A DNA stretch of 38,404 nt from Pseudomonadota bacterium. Lineage in GTDB: Bacteria > Bdellovibrionota_B > Oligoflexia > Oligoflexales > CAIYRB01. The notes under the pieces are model-generated. The model ran no database searches, had not been told where the DNA came from, and worked only from the letters and a program-made list of their open reading frames with translations. A program made the position numbers and the translations under genes. Location: positions 1 to 38,404 of the forward strand of contig JANOTL010000204.1 of assembly GCA_031416315.1 (NCBI GenBank), written 5' to 3'. Shown piece after piece: positions 20,147 to 29,682 of this stretch. Each line of letters begins with the position of its first letter. Within the stretch, counting starts at the first letter, position 1.

Positions 20147-23100
20147 TCAGCCTTTCGCTTTGATCGTAATCTTCGACGCCTTGCCGCGCGTACGGATCTC
20201 GCGGTCATACATGGAGGTCGCGTAGGCCGCCGGAACCACGTAGGTTCCGGGCGCCGTCGCTTTCAGCTTGTAGGTGAACACGGTGACGTCTTTCGGAACG
20301 TCGCCGTAGAGCACGATGCGATCCTCGCGCAGGTCGACGTGCCGCGCCTGGAACGGGGGCGCCGCCTTCGCTGCCGAGCCCTTGGCGTAAGCCTTGCCGC
20401 CGAACGACCAGTCGAGCCAGGCGGCGTCGTCGCCCTCCCCTTCGCCCTCGGCCTCGGGACGATACTCGTCCTGCATCTGACCGTGCTCCGCCGGCGTCTC
20501 TTCGGGCGGCGGCGCCGCTTCGGGCTCGGCCTCGCCGTCTTGGGTCTCGCCGGGTTGCCGTCCCGCGCCGCGTCCGCGGCCCGGGATCGACTCGAAATCG
20601 AGCTCGAAGCCGCCGGGCAGGATATCGATGATCGCGACGTTCGGGCGAGGCGCGTCGATCGCGCGGACGACGACGTTCACCGTCACCTCGTCGCCGACCT
20701 CGACCTCGTCGGTCAGCTCCTGCTTCGCGTTCAGGATCTCGCGGAAGACCTCGATGCCCTTCGTCTCCGGCTTGCGCGTGTCCTCGAGGTCGAAGCCGGC
20801 GGTCGTCACCGAGACGTACAGCGGCAACTTCGCCTGTCCGGTGTCGAAATCAAGCCGCACCACCTGATCTCCGAAAGGAACGATCGGAAAGGGGCCCGCC
20901 GGGATCTCCAGCGGCGCCTTTGCCTTCTTGCGGTCGGTGGCGACGATCGTCACGCCGTTGTCCTTTGGCACGCCCGCGATCTTCGAGTAAGCCTCGAGCG
21001 CCAGGATCGCCCAAGCCGAGGTGAGCGTGTTGTACCGCGAGGAAACCACGAGGTCGACCAAGCGCTCCGCGGCTTTCGCGTCGTCCTCGCCCAGATGCTC
21101 GGGAAAGTGCTTCGCCATGATATAAAGCCGCTCAGCCGCCCGGAGATAAGTGTCGTAATAGAAGCTGCCGTCGGCCTCGTTCTTCCCGTCCGTCGTCACC
21201 TTCTTCATAATCTTCCAGGCTTCGTCGTCGTCCTTCCGCAGCTTCATGGCGGCCGCGAGGAAGGCCGCCGTCGCGTCGTTCTTCCAGCCTTCCGGCAGGT
21301 TCTTCTCGAAGACCTCTTTCAGCTTCGACAGCATGTTTCCGGTGAGCTGCCCGTCGCGCGCCAAGACATAGGCGGCATATGCGTAGTCTCGGGCGACGCC
21401 GACCTTGGCCCGCGGATCGGCCGCCTCGACGCGCACGGTCAAATACTTCACGAGCATCGCGAGCGCCGCATCCGGCGCGCCGATCTGATGCTCCTTTGCT
21501 TCGATCAAAAAGTGGGCGGCATAAGCGTTCTGAAAGGGAATCACGTCGGCGTTCGCCGCCCAGTAGCCGACGGAGCCGTCGGCGTTCTGCCGCGCGCGCA
21601 GGACGTCGATGCCGCGCTCGACGGCCAGTTTCGCCTTGTCGATCGGGATGCCGAACTCGGGCTTCGAGGCCAGGAGCACCGAGGGGAAGCTTTGGCTCAG
21701 CACCTGCTCCGTACAGCCGTGAGGATAGCCCTCGAGGTAGGCGATGAGGCCCCGCGCCAGCCCAAGCGGCATGTGCGCGACGGTCGTCTCCAGCTTACGG
21801 AACTCCCCGAACATCTGGCGCTCGATCTCGATCTCGTCGGATCCCGACGCGATCTTCTTCGCTGCGACCTGCACCTCGTAAGGTGAAGCCGGCCGCACGC
21901 TCAAGGTCTCCTCGTAGCCGACCGTCTCGGCGCCCATCGTCGCGGCGAAGCCCATCTGGCCTTCGCCGAGCGGCCCTGCGGCCTTCAATTTGAAGGTCGC
22001 GGTGCCCTCGCGGCCCTCCGCGATGGTGAGGACCTGAGTCTTCTCCCCGACGAGGCTCAAGTTGGCGGAAGGAGCCAAGGCCACGGAGATCTTGGCGTCC
22101 GCCCCCGAGCCGACGACGTTGTTGGCGACGGCGACCGAGGCTTGGAACTCGTCGCCGGGCGCGACGAAAAGCGGCGCCACCGGCGACAGCACGAATGGCC
22201 CCTGCCGCAGCGTCCGGGTCTCCGAGGCGCCGATCGCATCGTCGGAAACGGCGACGGCCATCACGCGCACAGTACCGTTGAAGTGCGAGGGCAAGGGCAT
22301 GTCGACCGTCATCCCCTCCGGCCCGACCTCGATGATCCCCGACCAAAACACGGCCGGAGCCAGGGTCCGGCGCCGGAACGGATTCAAATTCCGGGCCAAA
22401 GCATCGTCGCCGTCGCCGCCCGCGGCCGCCTTCATCGCCACCGAGAACTCCGGGAGGATCTGATCGAGGATTTGTCGCGTCGACACCTCGAGCGCGCGCT
22501 TGCGCAGGAAGCGGCTCAAAGGATCGGGCGTCTTGTATTTTGCGACCTGCAGGATGCCCTCGTCGACGCCGAAGACCACCATCCGCGTCTGTCGATCCGG
22601 CTTCACCGCGACCTTCAACAGGTCCTGCGGCTTCGTCTTCTCCGGCACCTTCAGGTCGATCGTGATCGTCCGCCGCGCGCGGCTCACCGTGATCGGCTGC
22701 ACGCCGTACGAAAGGGGGCTCGCGTAAAGCTCGCGCGAATCCGCGGCGCGCACGAAGGCGACGTGAACGTAGGCGTTCCCCTCGATCCCCTCGGGCATCT
22801 TGATCTTCTGGATCGAGGTCGGTTGATCCGCCTTGAACCACTGCGCGGCATACACTTTGTCGCGCTCGATCGTGATCAAGCCCGAGCCGGTGTAAGGCGC
22901 GCGCAGCTCCAGCTCGATCTCGTCGCCCGGCGCCACGTCTTGCTTGGCGAGCTTGATCGTGAGCTCGGCGTTGCGCTCGAGGCCGCGTGCCAGAGCGCCC
23001 GAGCCGGCCACCTCGAAGGCGAATGCGGCGAGCACTTCCGCTTTCTCGTTCTTCACCTCGTAAATGAAGGAGCCGGCCTTGGCGGCGGGCAGCTTGTACT

Positions 23101-26100
23101 TGAATCCCGCCTCCGACATCTCGAGCGGAGTCGTCGACAGGGTGGTCACGACCTCGGTCGAGCGGTAGCGGAAGAGCCCGTCCTCGCTCTTCACGAGTGT
23201 CGACACGTAACGTCGTTCGCTCAAGACCGCGCTCAGCCCCGGCACCGTTTTCGGCTTCGCGTCCGCGCCAAGGGCGATGATCGCCACGCGCCGGTCGGTG
23301 CCCTGGCGGATCCAGTTGAGATCCCCGTCCGGCTTCGTGCCGATGACGAAGTCGCGGCTGGAGACGACGGTCGAGGCGCGTCCCGAGACGCTGCGCCCTC
23401 CCGCCAGCTCGAAGCCGTCGCCGGTGAAGGTCAGGCGATAGGTCTTGCCTTCGAACTTCTCCACCGGCAACGTGAAGACGGCGTGACCTTCGGCGTCGGA
23501 GGTCTGGTCGCCGAGCTCCTCCTCGCGCGCCTCGGTCGCCATGTCGAGCGGCATGAAGTTCCAATCGTCATAGCCGGGAAGCTTCGGCGCCGCCGGCGCC
23601 AGCGTGTAGCTCCCCGCGACGCGGTGACCGACCGCCGGCGTCCCGTGCAGGTTTTTCAGCGTCACCTCGGCGGTGAGCTTCTCCGGCTTCACCCAGCCGA
23701 CCTCGGCCTGCGCCGAGAGCTTGGCCGAAATCTTCAGGCGATCGGGCAGGAACTCCTCGACCTTGATGCTCGTTTGTCCGAGGAGCGCGCCGCGGAACTG
23801 GTCGCGCACCGTATAGAGCGCGATCTCGTAGATGCCCGTGGGCGAGGTCGCCTCGGTCGAAAACGTATGCTCGTCGAAACCGGCGGCTCCTGGCGCGTAC
23901 TTCCGCTTCACGATCTCGAGGCCGCGCGGGTCGTTGATCACCAGCTCGAGCGGCATAGCGTCAGGCAGCGGGGCAAAGCTCTGCGTCTTCACGATCGTGC
24001 CGATCCGAACTTCCTCGCCAGGGCGATAGAGTCCGCGGTCGGAGAAAAGGTAAGCGTCGAGCGTGTCCTTCTTACCGCGCATCGTCTCGCCGCCGATGTC
24101 GAAGCGCGACAGCGAGAGCTGCCGGTCGTAGCGGCCGAAAGGCAGAAAGCTCACGTCTTCCCCGCTTTTCGCGACCCAAGCGACGGGCGCCTCCTCGTAG
24201 CGGAAGCCCTCGAAGCTCGGGAACGAGGCGCGCCCTTGCGCGTCCGTCGTCTTGCTGACGAGCGGGATGCCGTTGCGACCGAGGACGGTCACCTCGACGC
24301 CCTGAGCGGGCACGCCGTCCTTGAACTTCATCACGAAGACTTCGTGCGTGTCGTCGACGGCGTCCTTCACGACGATGCCGAGGTCGGTGACCAGGACGAA
24401 ACGACGCTCGCGGCCGGGATTGTTGGGATCGCCCTTGCGGTTGGTCTCCTCCTCTTTCGTCTTCGGCGCCTCGGCCGGCTCTTGCGTCGGATCCCAAGCG
24501 TCGATGTCGACGAAGAAGAGGCCGCGCTTGTCGCTGCGTGAGGAAGCGCCGGTCGAGCGGCTGAGGTAAGGCGCCATGTCCAAACCGTGATATTGCGGCT
24601 TTCCGGGATCGCTGGCGTCGAGCGTCACCTTCTGCTCGAAGCGCTCGACCAGGTCGTCGCGCCCGAAGTTGTAGGTTTGGAACTCGGGCGAGGCGAAGTT
24701 GCCCCGCGTGGCGCTGATCAGATGGTTCAGGCGATCCGGCGGCACGCGGCCGAGGCGCGCGCGGAAGCCGGGCACGCCGCGCGAGACGATGGTGAGCTTC
24801 TTTTCGCCCACCATCGACAGGATCGCGCCGGGATGCAGGATCTTGAGCTCGATGGGGAAGCTCGGGACCTTCGCGACCTTCGCCCACTCCTCGGCGAGGA
24901 TGTAGCCGCCGAACGCCTCGATCCCGCGCGGCAACCGTACGTAGATCGATTCGCCAGGCTTCGCCGCGTGCTTGAACGCGAGGAGGCCCGAAGGCTCGGC
25001 GCCCGGATCGCCGTCCGCGACCAACGGCAGCTTGCGGCCAAGCGCGAGGATCTCCGCGTCGACCTCCGACGGCGAGCTCCAATGGTGATTCTTGGAGAAG
25101 ACGGCGTCGGGATGCGCTTTCGTCTTCGGCCGGTCCGTCGGCAGGACCCAGGCCTCGATCTTTTCCGCGATCAGTTTCGGCGAGACGCGTCCCGTGAACG
25201 CGACGGTCAGGATCGGCACGAGCTCGCCGGAGTCGTCGCGGCGCACGTAGCTCACCTGCAGGTCGGAGACGCGGAAGAAAGAGCCGACGGCCGGCACGGT
25301 CAGCCGGGCGTGCAGCGGACCCGCCGGATCGCTACCCTTCGCGGCGCGCACTTCGGGCCCGATGTCCACCTCGAGCTCGACGTCGCGCTCCGGCAGCGGA
25401 ATGTCCTCGGAGGCGATGAAGACTTTGCCGTCGAGCTCGCCGTAAGTGATTTTCGCGGCGAACTCGTCCTTGCCCGGTCCGTTCTCGCTGCCGTCGGCGC
25501 GCTTCGCCTTGCGGACGATCTTGACGGATTTCTCGAGCGAGGCGCGGTCGACGGGATGCGTGAAGCTGAGCGCCATCGACAGAAGCTTGCGCTTGGCATC
25601 GGTCGGATCTTGGTAGAACTCGGCGCGGTCGAGGGTCGCGTGGAACTTCGGCGTGGTGAACTTGGTCTCGTAAGCGGCGAGCAGGACGTGGCTCGGAAAG
25701 AGGCGCTTCTCCAGCTTCACCGTGTACTCTTTCCCGATCGCCCAATCGGCGGCCGGGGTGAAGACGAGCTCCCGATCGGAGACGAACTGCCACTGCCCGG
25801 TGAGCGCCGGATCGATCACGACGCCCTTGTCGACCGGCTTGCCCACGTCCTCGAGGCGCGCGGCGGAGCCGGAGAAGGTGATGCTGATCGGCCGCGGCTT
25901 CTGGTCGGGGTCCGTCACCGCGACCAAGGCCGGCGCCGCCGCCACCATGGTGAGCCGTACCGGCTCGGGGAGACTCTTGTAGTAGCGGTAGCCGGCGAAT
26001 CCGGCGCCGCAGGCGACGGCCAATCCCGCCATCGCAAGCCAGAACCGTTTCGGCGACGAGCGCTTCCACCTCACGCTCGCGCGTGAGCCGGCCCGAGCGC

Positions 26101-26263
26101 CGCGCGCGACGTGACGCGCCGGCCAGCCGATCCAAACGGGTGGCGTCCAGGCGACTTTGCCGAAGAGGAGGGTCCAGATCTTCACGACGGTGATGCGGAT
26201 GCCCAGCCAAAGCAGGGCGAAGACGCTGGCGATGCGACGCGCGAGCGCATTCAAACGGGCCAC
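20147..26263 (-). CDS. Bacterial alpha-2-macroglobulin (YfhM-like, N-terminal TM-anchored type)
   Basis: 2038 aa; LFSDRGLYRPGE, VEEFLPDRL, VDEGILQ and thioester motif YPHGCTEQ (CTEQ at 21704-21715). Lies directly upstream of pbpC. Confidence 0.95.
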   Translation of the reverse strand: MARLNALARRIASVFALLWLGIRITVVKIWTLLFGKVAWTPPVWIGWPARHVARGARAGSRASVRWKRSSPKRFWLAMAGLAVACGAGFAGYRYYKSLPEPVRLTMVAAAPALVAVTDPDQKPRPISITFSGSAARLEDVGKPVDKGVVIDPALTGQWQFVSDRELVFTPAADWAIGKEYTVKLEKRLFPSHVLLAAYETKFTTPKFHATLDRAEFYQDPTDAKRKLLSMALSFTHPVDRASLEKSVKIVRKAKRADGSENGPGKDEFAAKITYGELDGKVFIASEDIPLPERDVELEVDIGPEVRAAKGSDPAGPLHARLTVPAVGSFFRVSDLQVSYVRRDDSGELVPILTVAFTGRVSPKLIAEKIEAWVLPTDRPKTKAHPDAVFSKNHHWSSPSEVDAEILALGRKLPLVADGDPGAEPSGLLAFKHAAKPGESIYVRLPRGIEAFGGYILAEEWAKVAKVPSFPIELKILHPGAILSMVGEKKLTIVSRGVPGFRARLGRVPPDRLNHLISATRGNFASPEFQTYNFGRDDLVERFEQKVTLDASDPGKPQYHGLDMAPYLSRSTGASSRSDKRGLFFVDIDAWDPTQEPAEAPKTKEEETNRKGDPNNPGRERRFVLVTDLGIVVKDAVDDTHEVFVMKFKDGVPAQGVEVTVLGRNGIPLVSKTTDAQGRASFPSFEGFRYEEAPVAWVAKSGEDVSFLPFGRYDRQLSLSRFDIGGETMRGKKDTLDAYLFSDRGLYRPGEEVRIGTIVKTQSFAPLPDAMPLELVINDPRGLEIVKRKYAPGAAGFDEHTFSTEATSPTGIYEIALYTVRDQFRGALLGQTSIKVEEFLPDRLKISAKLSAQAEVGWVKPEKLTAEVTLKNLHGTPAVGHRVAGSYTLAPAAPKLPGYDDWNFMPLDMATEAREEELGDQTSDAEGHAVFTLPVEKFEGKTYRLTFTGDGFELAGGRSVSGRASTVVSSRDFVIGTKPDGDLNWIRQGTDRRVAIIALGADAKPKTVPGLSAVLSERRYVSTLVKSEDGLFRYRSTEVVTTLSTTPLEMSEAGFKYKLPAAKAGSFIYEVKNEKAEVLAAFAFEVAGSGALARGLERNAELTIKLAKQDVAPGDEIELELRAPYTGSGLITIERDKVYAAQWFKADQPTSIQKIKMPEGIEGNAYVHVAFVRAADSRELYASPLSYGVQPITVSRARRTITIDLKVPEKTKPQDLLKVAVKPDRQTRMVVFGVDEGILQVAKYKTPDPLSRFLRKRALEVSTRQILDQILPEFSVAMKAAAGGDGDDALARNLNPFRRRTLAPAVFWSGIIEVGPEGMTVDMPLPSHFNGTVRVMAVAVSDDAIGASETRTLRQGPFVLSPVAPLFVAPGDEFQASVAVANNVVGSGADAKISVALAPSANLSLVGEKTQVLTIAEGREGTATFKLKAAGPLGEGQMGFAATMGAETVGYEETLSVRPASPYEVQVAAKKIASGSDEIEIERQMFGEFRKLETTVAHMPLGLARGLIAYLEGYPHGCTEQVLSQSFPSVLLASKPEFGIPIDKAKLAVERGIDVLRARQNADGSVGYWAANADVIPFQNAYAAHFLIEAKEHQIGAPDAALAMLVKYLTVRVEAADPRAKVGVARDYAYAAYVLARDGQLTGNMLSKLKEVFEKNLPEGWKNDATAAFLAAAMKLRKDDDEAWKIMKKVTTDGKNEADGSFYYDTYLRAAERLYIMAKHFPEHLGEDDAKAAERLVDLVVSSRYNTLTSAWAILALEAYSKIAGVPKDNGVTIVATDRKKAKAPLEIPAGPFPIVPFGDQVVRLDFDTGQAKLPLYVSVTTAGFDLEDTRKPETKGIEVFREILNAKQELTDEVEVGDEVTVNVVVRAIDAPRPNVAIIDILPGGFELDFESIPGRGRGAGRQPGETQDGEAEPEAAPPPEETPAEHGQMQDEYRPEAEGEGEGDDAAWLDWSFGGKAYAKGSAAKAAPPFQARHVDLREDRIVLYGDVPKDVTVFTYKLKATAPGTYVVPAAYATSMYDREIRTRGKASKITIKAKG

Positions 26264-26377
26264 GGGGAAACTCCGAGGTGGAGAGAGGAACGAGCCTGAG
26301 GTTAGGCTCGCAGGTTGCTCTTCGGGGGGCTAGCGGAAGTTCGGTGCAAAAGGTGTGGCAAACCCCTCTGCATGTCC

Positions 26378-26457
26378 GCGTCTCCGCTCCTCGGCGCTTC
26401 TGCGATCGTCAGGTCAGCCGGCCGGACGATCGCAGAAGCGCAGAGGGGCGGAAGCGC
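26378..26457. repeat. Long inverted repeat (hairpin) between the HAD and macroglobulin genes
   Basis: Perfect 17-bp arms at 26394-26410 and 26425-26441, extended imperfectly to about 33 bp, with a 14-nt loop. Confidence 0.85.
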
Positions 26458-26469
26458 AAAAAGTGCAGG

Positions 26470-27150
26470 TTAACTTGGCTTCGCCAACTCCGGAATCGCC
26501 AAGAACTCCCGCAGATCCGCGCACGCATACGCCGGCCGAAGCGCGTGCAGATCTTCCGCCTCGAACGGCCCCCACAGCGCCGCGATCGCCATCGCGCCGG
26601 CGCCGTTCGCGCAGTTCAGGTCGTGGACCGAATCGCCGATGTAGGCCAGCCGCTCGGGCGCCAACCTGAGTCGCTCCGCCGCGACCAACAAGGGCATCGG
26701 ATCGGGCTTGTGCCTCGGCGTGTCCTCCGCCGCCATGATCAGGTCGAAGGCCGCCCGCAGGCCGTGAGCCTCGAGGTTCACGGCGAGGCTCGGCCAGTAC
26801 TTCGACGTCACCAAGCCGACCGGGAAGCCGCGCCGACGAAGCTCTGCCAAGGTCTCCTTCACGTACGGATAGAGCGGCATCGCCGGCAAGAGGGCCGTGT
26901 TGTGCTCCCGGTACGTGGCGATCATCTTCTCGGCGAGCGCGGCATCACCCACGGCGAACTGCAGCATCTGCGCCGGCAGGGGCACGCCGATCGTGTTGAT
27001 CAGCTCGCGGCGCGTGAGCCGCGCTCCTGGCATGTGCGCGCTCAACGTGTGCGCGAAGGACAGGAGGATCGCCTCGATCGAGTCGATCAGCGTCCCGTCG
27101 AGATCGAAGAGGACGGCGGCGACCTTCCGCCGTCCCCCTCCCGAGCTCAT
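26470..27150 (-). CDS. HAD-IA hydrolase (PpaX/phosphoglycolate phosphatase-like)
   Basis: FDLDGTLIDS, LVTSK, HKPDP and YIGDSVHD motifs. ATGA overlap with bcp. Confidence 0.9.
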   Translation of the reverse strand: MSSGGGRRKVAAVLFDLDGTLIDSIEAILLSFAHTLSAHMPGARLTRRELINTIGVPLPAQMLQFAVGDAALAEKMIATYREHNTALLPAMPLYPYVKETLAELRRRGFPVGLVTSKYWPSLAVNLEAHGLRAAFDLIMAAEDTPRHKPDPMPLLVAAERLRLAPERLAYIGDSVHDLNCANGAGAMAIAALWGPFEAEDLHALRPAYACADLREFLAIPELAKPS

Positions 27151-27698
27151 TTCGCGTCTTCTTCGGAGCCCGGCTTCGGCGGATTCTGCAGCTCGTCGAT
27201 CGTCTCCGCCGTCCACTCGGCGTCGAAGGCAGGGTCGACGTTCGGCTCAATCGACTTCACCACGAGGTTTGGGTCGAGGATGAAGGTCCAGCGCTTCGCT
27301 AGGCCGACGAGCGGCGCTTTGACGCCGAACTGGTCGATCACCTTGAGATCCGCGTCCGAGAGCAGGTCGAAATTGAGGTCGTGCTTCTTGTGGAACTCTT
27401 TCTGCGTCGCCTGCGGGTCGGCGGAGATGCCGATGAGCATCGCGTTCTTCTGCTGGATGCGCTTGATCGTGTCGCGGAAGGCGCAAGCTTGCGCCGTGCA
27501 GCCTGGCGAATCCGCCTTCGGATAGAAGTAGAGGACCGTCCAGCCCTTGCCCTTGCGGTCGGCGAGCTTGAAGTCCTTACCGTCTTGGGTCTTCAACGTG
27601 AAGTCGGGCGCGGGTTTGTCGACCTCGATCTGGGCGAAGCCCGTGAGAGAGAAGGCCGTCACGCTCATCGCCGCCAGCAAACCGTGGAACCACCGCAT
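27147..27698 (-). CDS. bcp: Bcp/PrxQ peroxiredoxin with signal peptide
   Basis: YFYPKADSPGCTAQACAFRD (peroxidatic Cys with CxxxxC resolving Cys); FDLLSD; N-terminal Sec-like signal peptide. Confidence 0.88.
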   Translation of the reverse strand: MRWFHGLLAAMSVTAFSLTGFAQIEVDKPAPDFTLKTQDGKDFKLADRKGKGWTVLYFYPKADSPGCTAQACAFRDTIKRIQQKNAMLIGISADPQATQKEFHKKHDLNFDLLSDADLKVIDQFGVKAPLVGLAKRWTFILDPNLVVKSIEPNVDPAFDAEWTAETIDELQNPPKPGSEEDAK

Positions 27699-27851
27699 CG
27701 CTACTCCCGTCCGATCGACGATTGTTGTGCAAAGACAATAACATTGCCCGTCGTGTGGGAAAAGTCTAAGCTCTTCGCACGCAAATCATTCCATGATTAA
27801 GTTTCCCTCCTCCTCGCTCATCGACGCCAACTTTTTGCAGTGGAGCGTGAC

Positions 27852-29225
27852 GTGAACGGCAAGAGTCCGATGCTGAGAATTCTAGGCGGAACCCTCGTCG
27901 CTTGGAGCTGGTTGACCGGTACCACCGCGTTCGCCGTCCCGCTCGAAGGCGAAATTATCAAAATCACCAAAGGCCGCACCGCCGTTATGGTCGACCTTTC
28001 GGGCAACGCGACGGTCGAGACCGGCGCGACCGTGAAGCTCACCGTCGACGGCAAGGAGCGCACGGGCACGGTGAAAAAGGTCACCGACAACGGCAATGCG
28101 TTCCTGAAGCTGAACAAAGGCCTGCCAAAGAACGCGAACGTCGGCGACAAGGTCACGATGGACCTGACGAGCGGCGGCTCCGAGGGCGACACCGGCAAAT
28201 CCGGCGCCGCGCTGCTGAAAAAAGGCGGCGCTAACAAAGCCTATTGGAACGAGATCTCGTTTCTCGCCGCGCACCGGAAGCCGGGCATGCGCGCCGACGT
28301 CGCGGTCTCCTACCTCGGCGGCGAAGGCTCGAACAAGACGACGGGCGGCTCCGCGAAGTCGGACGTCGAGTTCGCGGTCACCGACAAGCACACGAACTTC
28401 TCCGGCGGCGCCGGCTTCGTCGGCCGCGGCGGCATCGGCGGCGGCATTCTCTTCGAGTATGATAGCGCCGACTTCGAGGAGTCCGCCTCGATCAAGACGG
28501 CGAACGACGGCTCCGGCGCGGCGGCCACCGACAAGGACACGCGCACGGCAGAAAGTAAGGTCCTGGGCTTCATGCCTTACTTCGAGTACTTGGACCGCGC
28601 CTCCAGCGCCGGCATGGGCTTCGGCGCCGGCATCGGCATCCCGATCCGCAGCGTCACCGCCAAGACGGCTACCAAAATCGGCCCCAACGACGGCGATGCG
28701 CCCGAGGCGAAGACGAACGAAATCGGCGTCACCCTCGAAGGCTTGGTGGGCAACCCGAGCTGGGCGGTCATTATCGGCCTGACGCCGAGCCTGGGCGGCA
28801 AGATCAAGCAGTCGGGCCAAGACGACGTCGACCATAAGTCGAGCGAGTACGCCTTCCACTTCGAAAGCTACGGCCGCTCGCTGAAGTTCCGCGCCGGCCT
28901 CACTTTGATCTCGTCGAAAGACGACTACAAAGGCGCGGCGCTCGAGGAGTCCGGCACGAAGTTCTCCGGCACGGTCGACGTCTCCCTCGGGAAGTTCGAC
29001 CTCATTCCCTTCCTCGACTACACCAGCTCGAAGCGGAAAATCGGCGACGCGAACGGCACCTTCGGCGAGCTCGACGTCGGCTCGCGCTTCGCCATGGCGG
29101 GCACGTATGCGCCCTTCGTCTCTCTCAGCCTCAGCCGCAAAAGCGGCGAGGAGAAGAACGACGACGGCGTGAAGCAGGAATCCCTGGTCGGCGGCATCCG
29201 GCTCGCCGGCGGCGTGAACATCTGA
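27852..29225 (+). CDS. Predicted outer-membrane protein: small N-terminal beta domain plus multi-strand beta-barrel
   Basis: Signal peptide ending AFA; about 75-aa beta-rich domain (loosely FlgT-C-like); then many Gly/aromatic amphipathic strands up to the C-terminus. Start is GTG 27852 (GGAG RBS) or ATG 27870. Confidence 0.65.
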   Translation: MNGKSPMLRILGGTLVAWSWLTGTTAFAVPLEGEIIKITKGRTAVMVDLSGNATVETGATVKLTVDGKERTGTVKKVTDNGNAFLKLNKGLPKNANVGDKVTMDLTSGGSEGDTGKSGAALLKKGGANKAYWNEISFLAAHRKPGMRADVAVSYLGGEGSNKTTGGSAKSDVEFAVTDKHTNFSGGAGFVGRGGIGGGILFEYDSADFEESASIKTANDGSGAAATDKDTRTAESKVLGFMPYFEYLDRASSAGMGFGAGIGIPIRSVTAKTATKIGPNDGDAPEAKTNEIGVTLEGLVGNPSWAVIIGLTPSLGGKIKQSGQDDVDHKSSEYAFHFESYGRSLKFRAGLTLISSKDDYKGAALEESGTKFSGTVDVSLGKFDLIPFLDYTSSKRKIGDANGTFGELDVGSRFAMAGTYAPFVSLSLSRKSGEEKNDDGVKQESLVGGIRLAGGVNI

Positions 29226-29237
29226 GGAGTGAGAGCC

Positions 29238-29666
29238 ATGACGTTGAGACCCGTTTTGATGCTGGGAATCGGCCTCTCGCTCGCGATGGCGGCAGGCTGC
29301 GTGAAGAAGGGCTCGGGCGAGGGCAAGCGCGCGACGCGACCCTTCTTCGAGGACCAAGGCTCGATCAAGAACGACGGCAAGGCGAATCAGAAGCCGACGT
29401 CGGATGACCCGAAGGTGCCGAAAAAGCCGGATCCGGACAGTCCGGTGAAGCCGAAGCCGATGCCGACCGAGCCGGTGATGGACCCCGACGTGACCGCGAT
29501 CCTCGCGGCGTGCATGAAGATCCCGGCCAAGGAAGTGCAGGCCGTCGTCGGCTGGACGGACAAAGCCAAATCCGTCGAAGCGGCGAATGCCCTGTGCGCG
29601 AAGCTGAGCCTGGTGAAGTACGGTGATGGCGTGAACCCGACGGCGGAAGCCGTCGCAGTCGAATAA
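29238..29666 (+). CDS. Hypothetical lipoprotein with Pro/Lys-rich linker and small two-Cys helical domain
   Basis: GAGGAG RBS; lipobox AAGC; PKVPKKPDPDSPVKPKP linker. Confidence 0.75.
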   Translation: MTLRPVLMLGIGLSLAMAAGCVKKGSGEGKRATRPFFEDQGSIKNDGKANQKPTSDDPKVPKKPDPDSPVKPKPMPTEPVMDPDVTAILAACMKIPAKEVQAVVGWTDKAKSVEAANALCAKLSLVKYGDGVNPTAEAVAVE

Positions 29667-29682
29667 AGGGAGTGACCGAAAC

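Noticed and set aside
26345..26360. Sigma-54 promoter for the macroglobulin gene (- strand TGCCACA-CCTT-TTGCA)
   Set aside because: Spacing is right, but the near-invariant -24 GG is GC.
29223..29240. TGA read-through or selenocysteine fusing the barrel to the in-frame downstream lipoprotein
   Set aside because: The downstream gene has its own RBS and lipoprotein signal peptide, TGA is a normal stop elsewhere in the window, and no SECIS-like context is evident.
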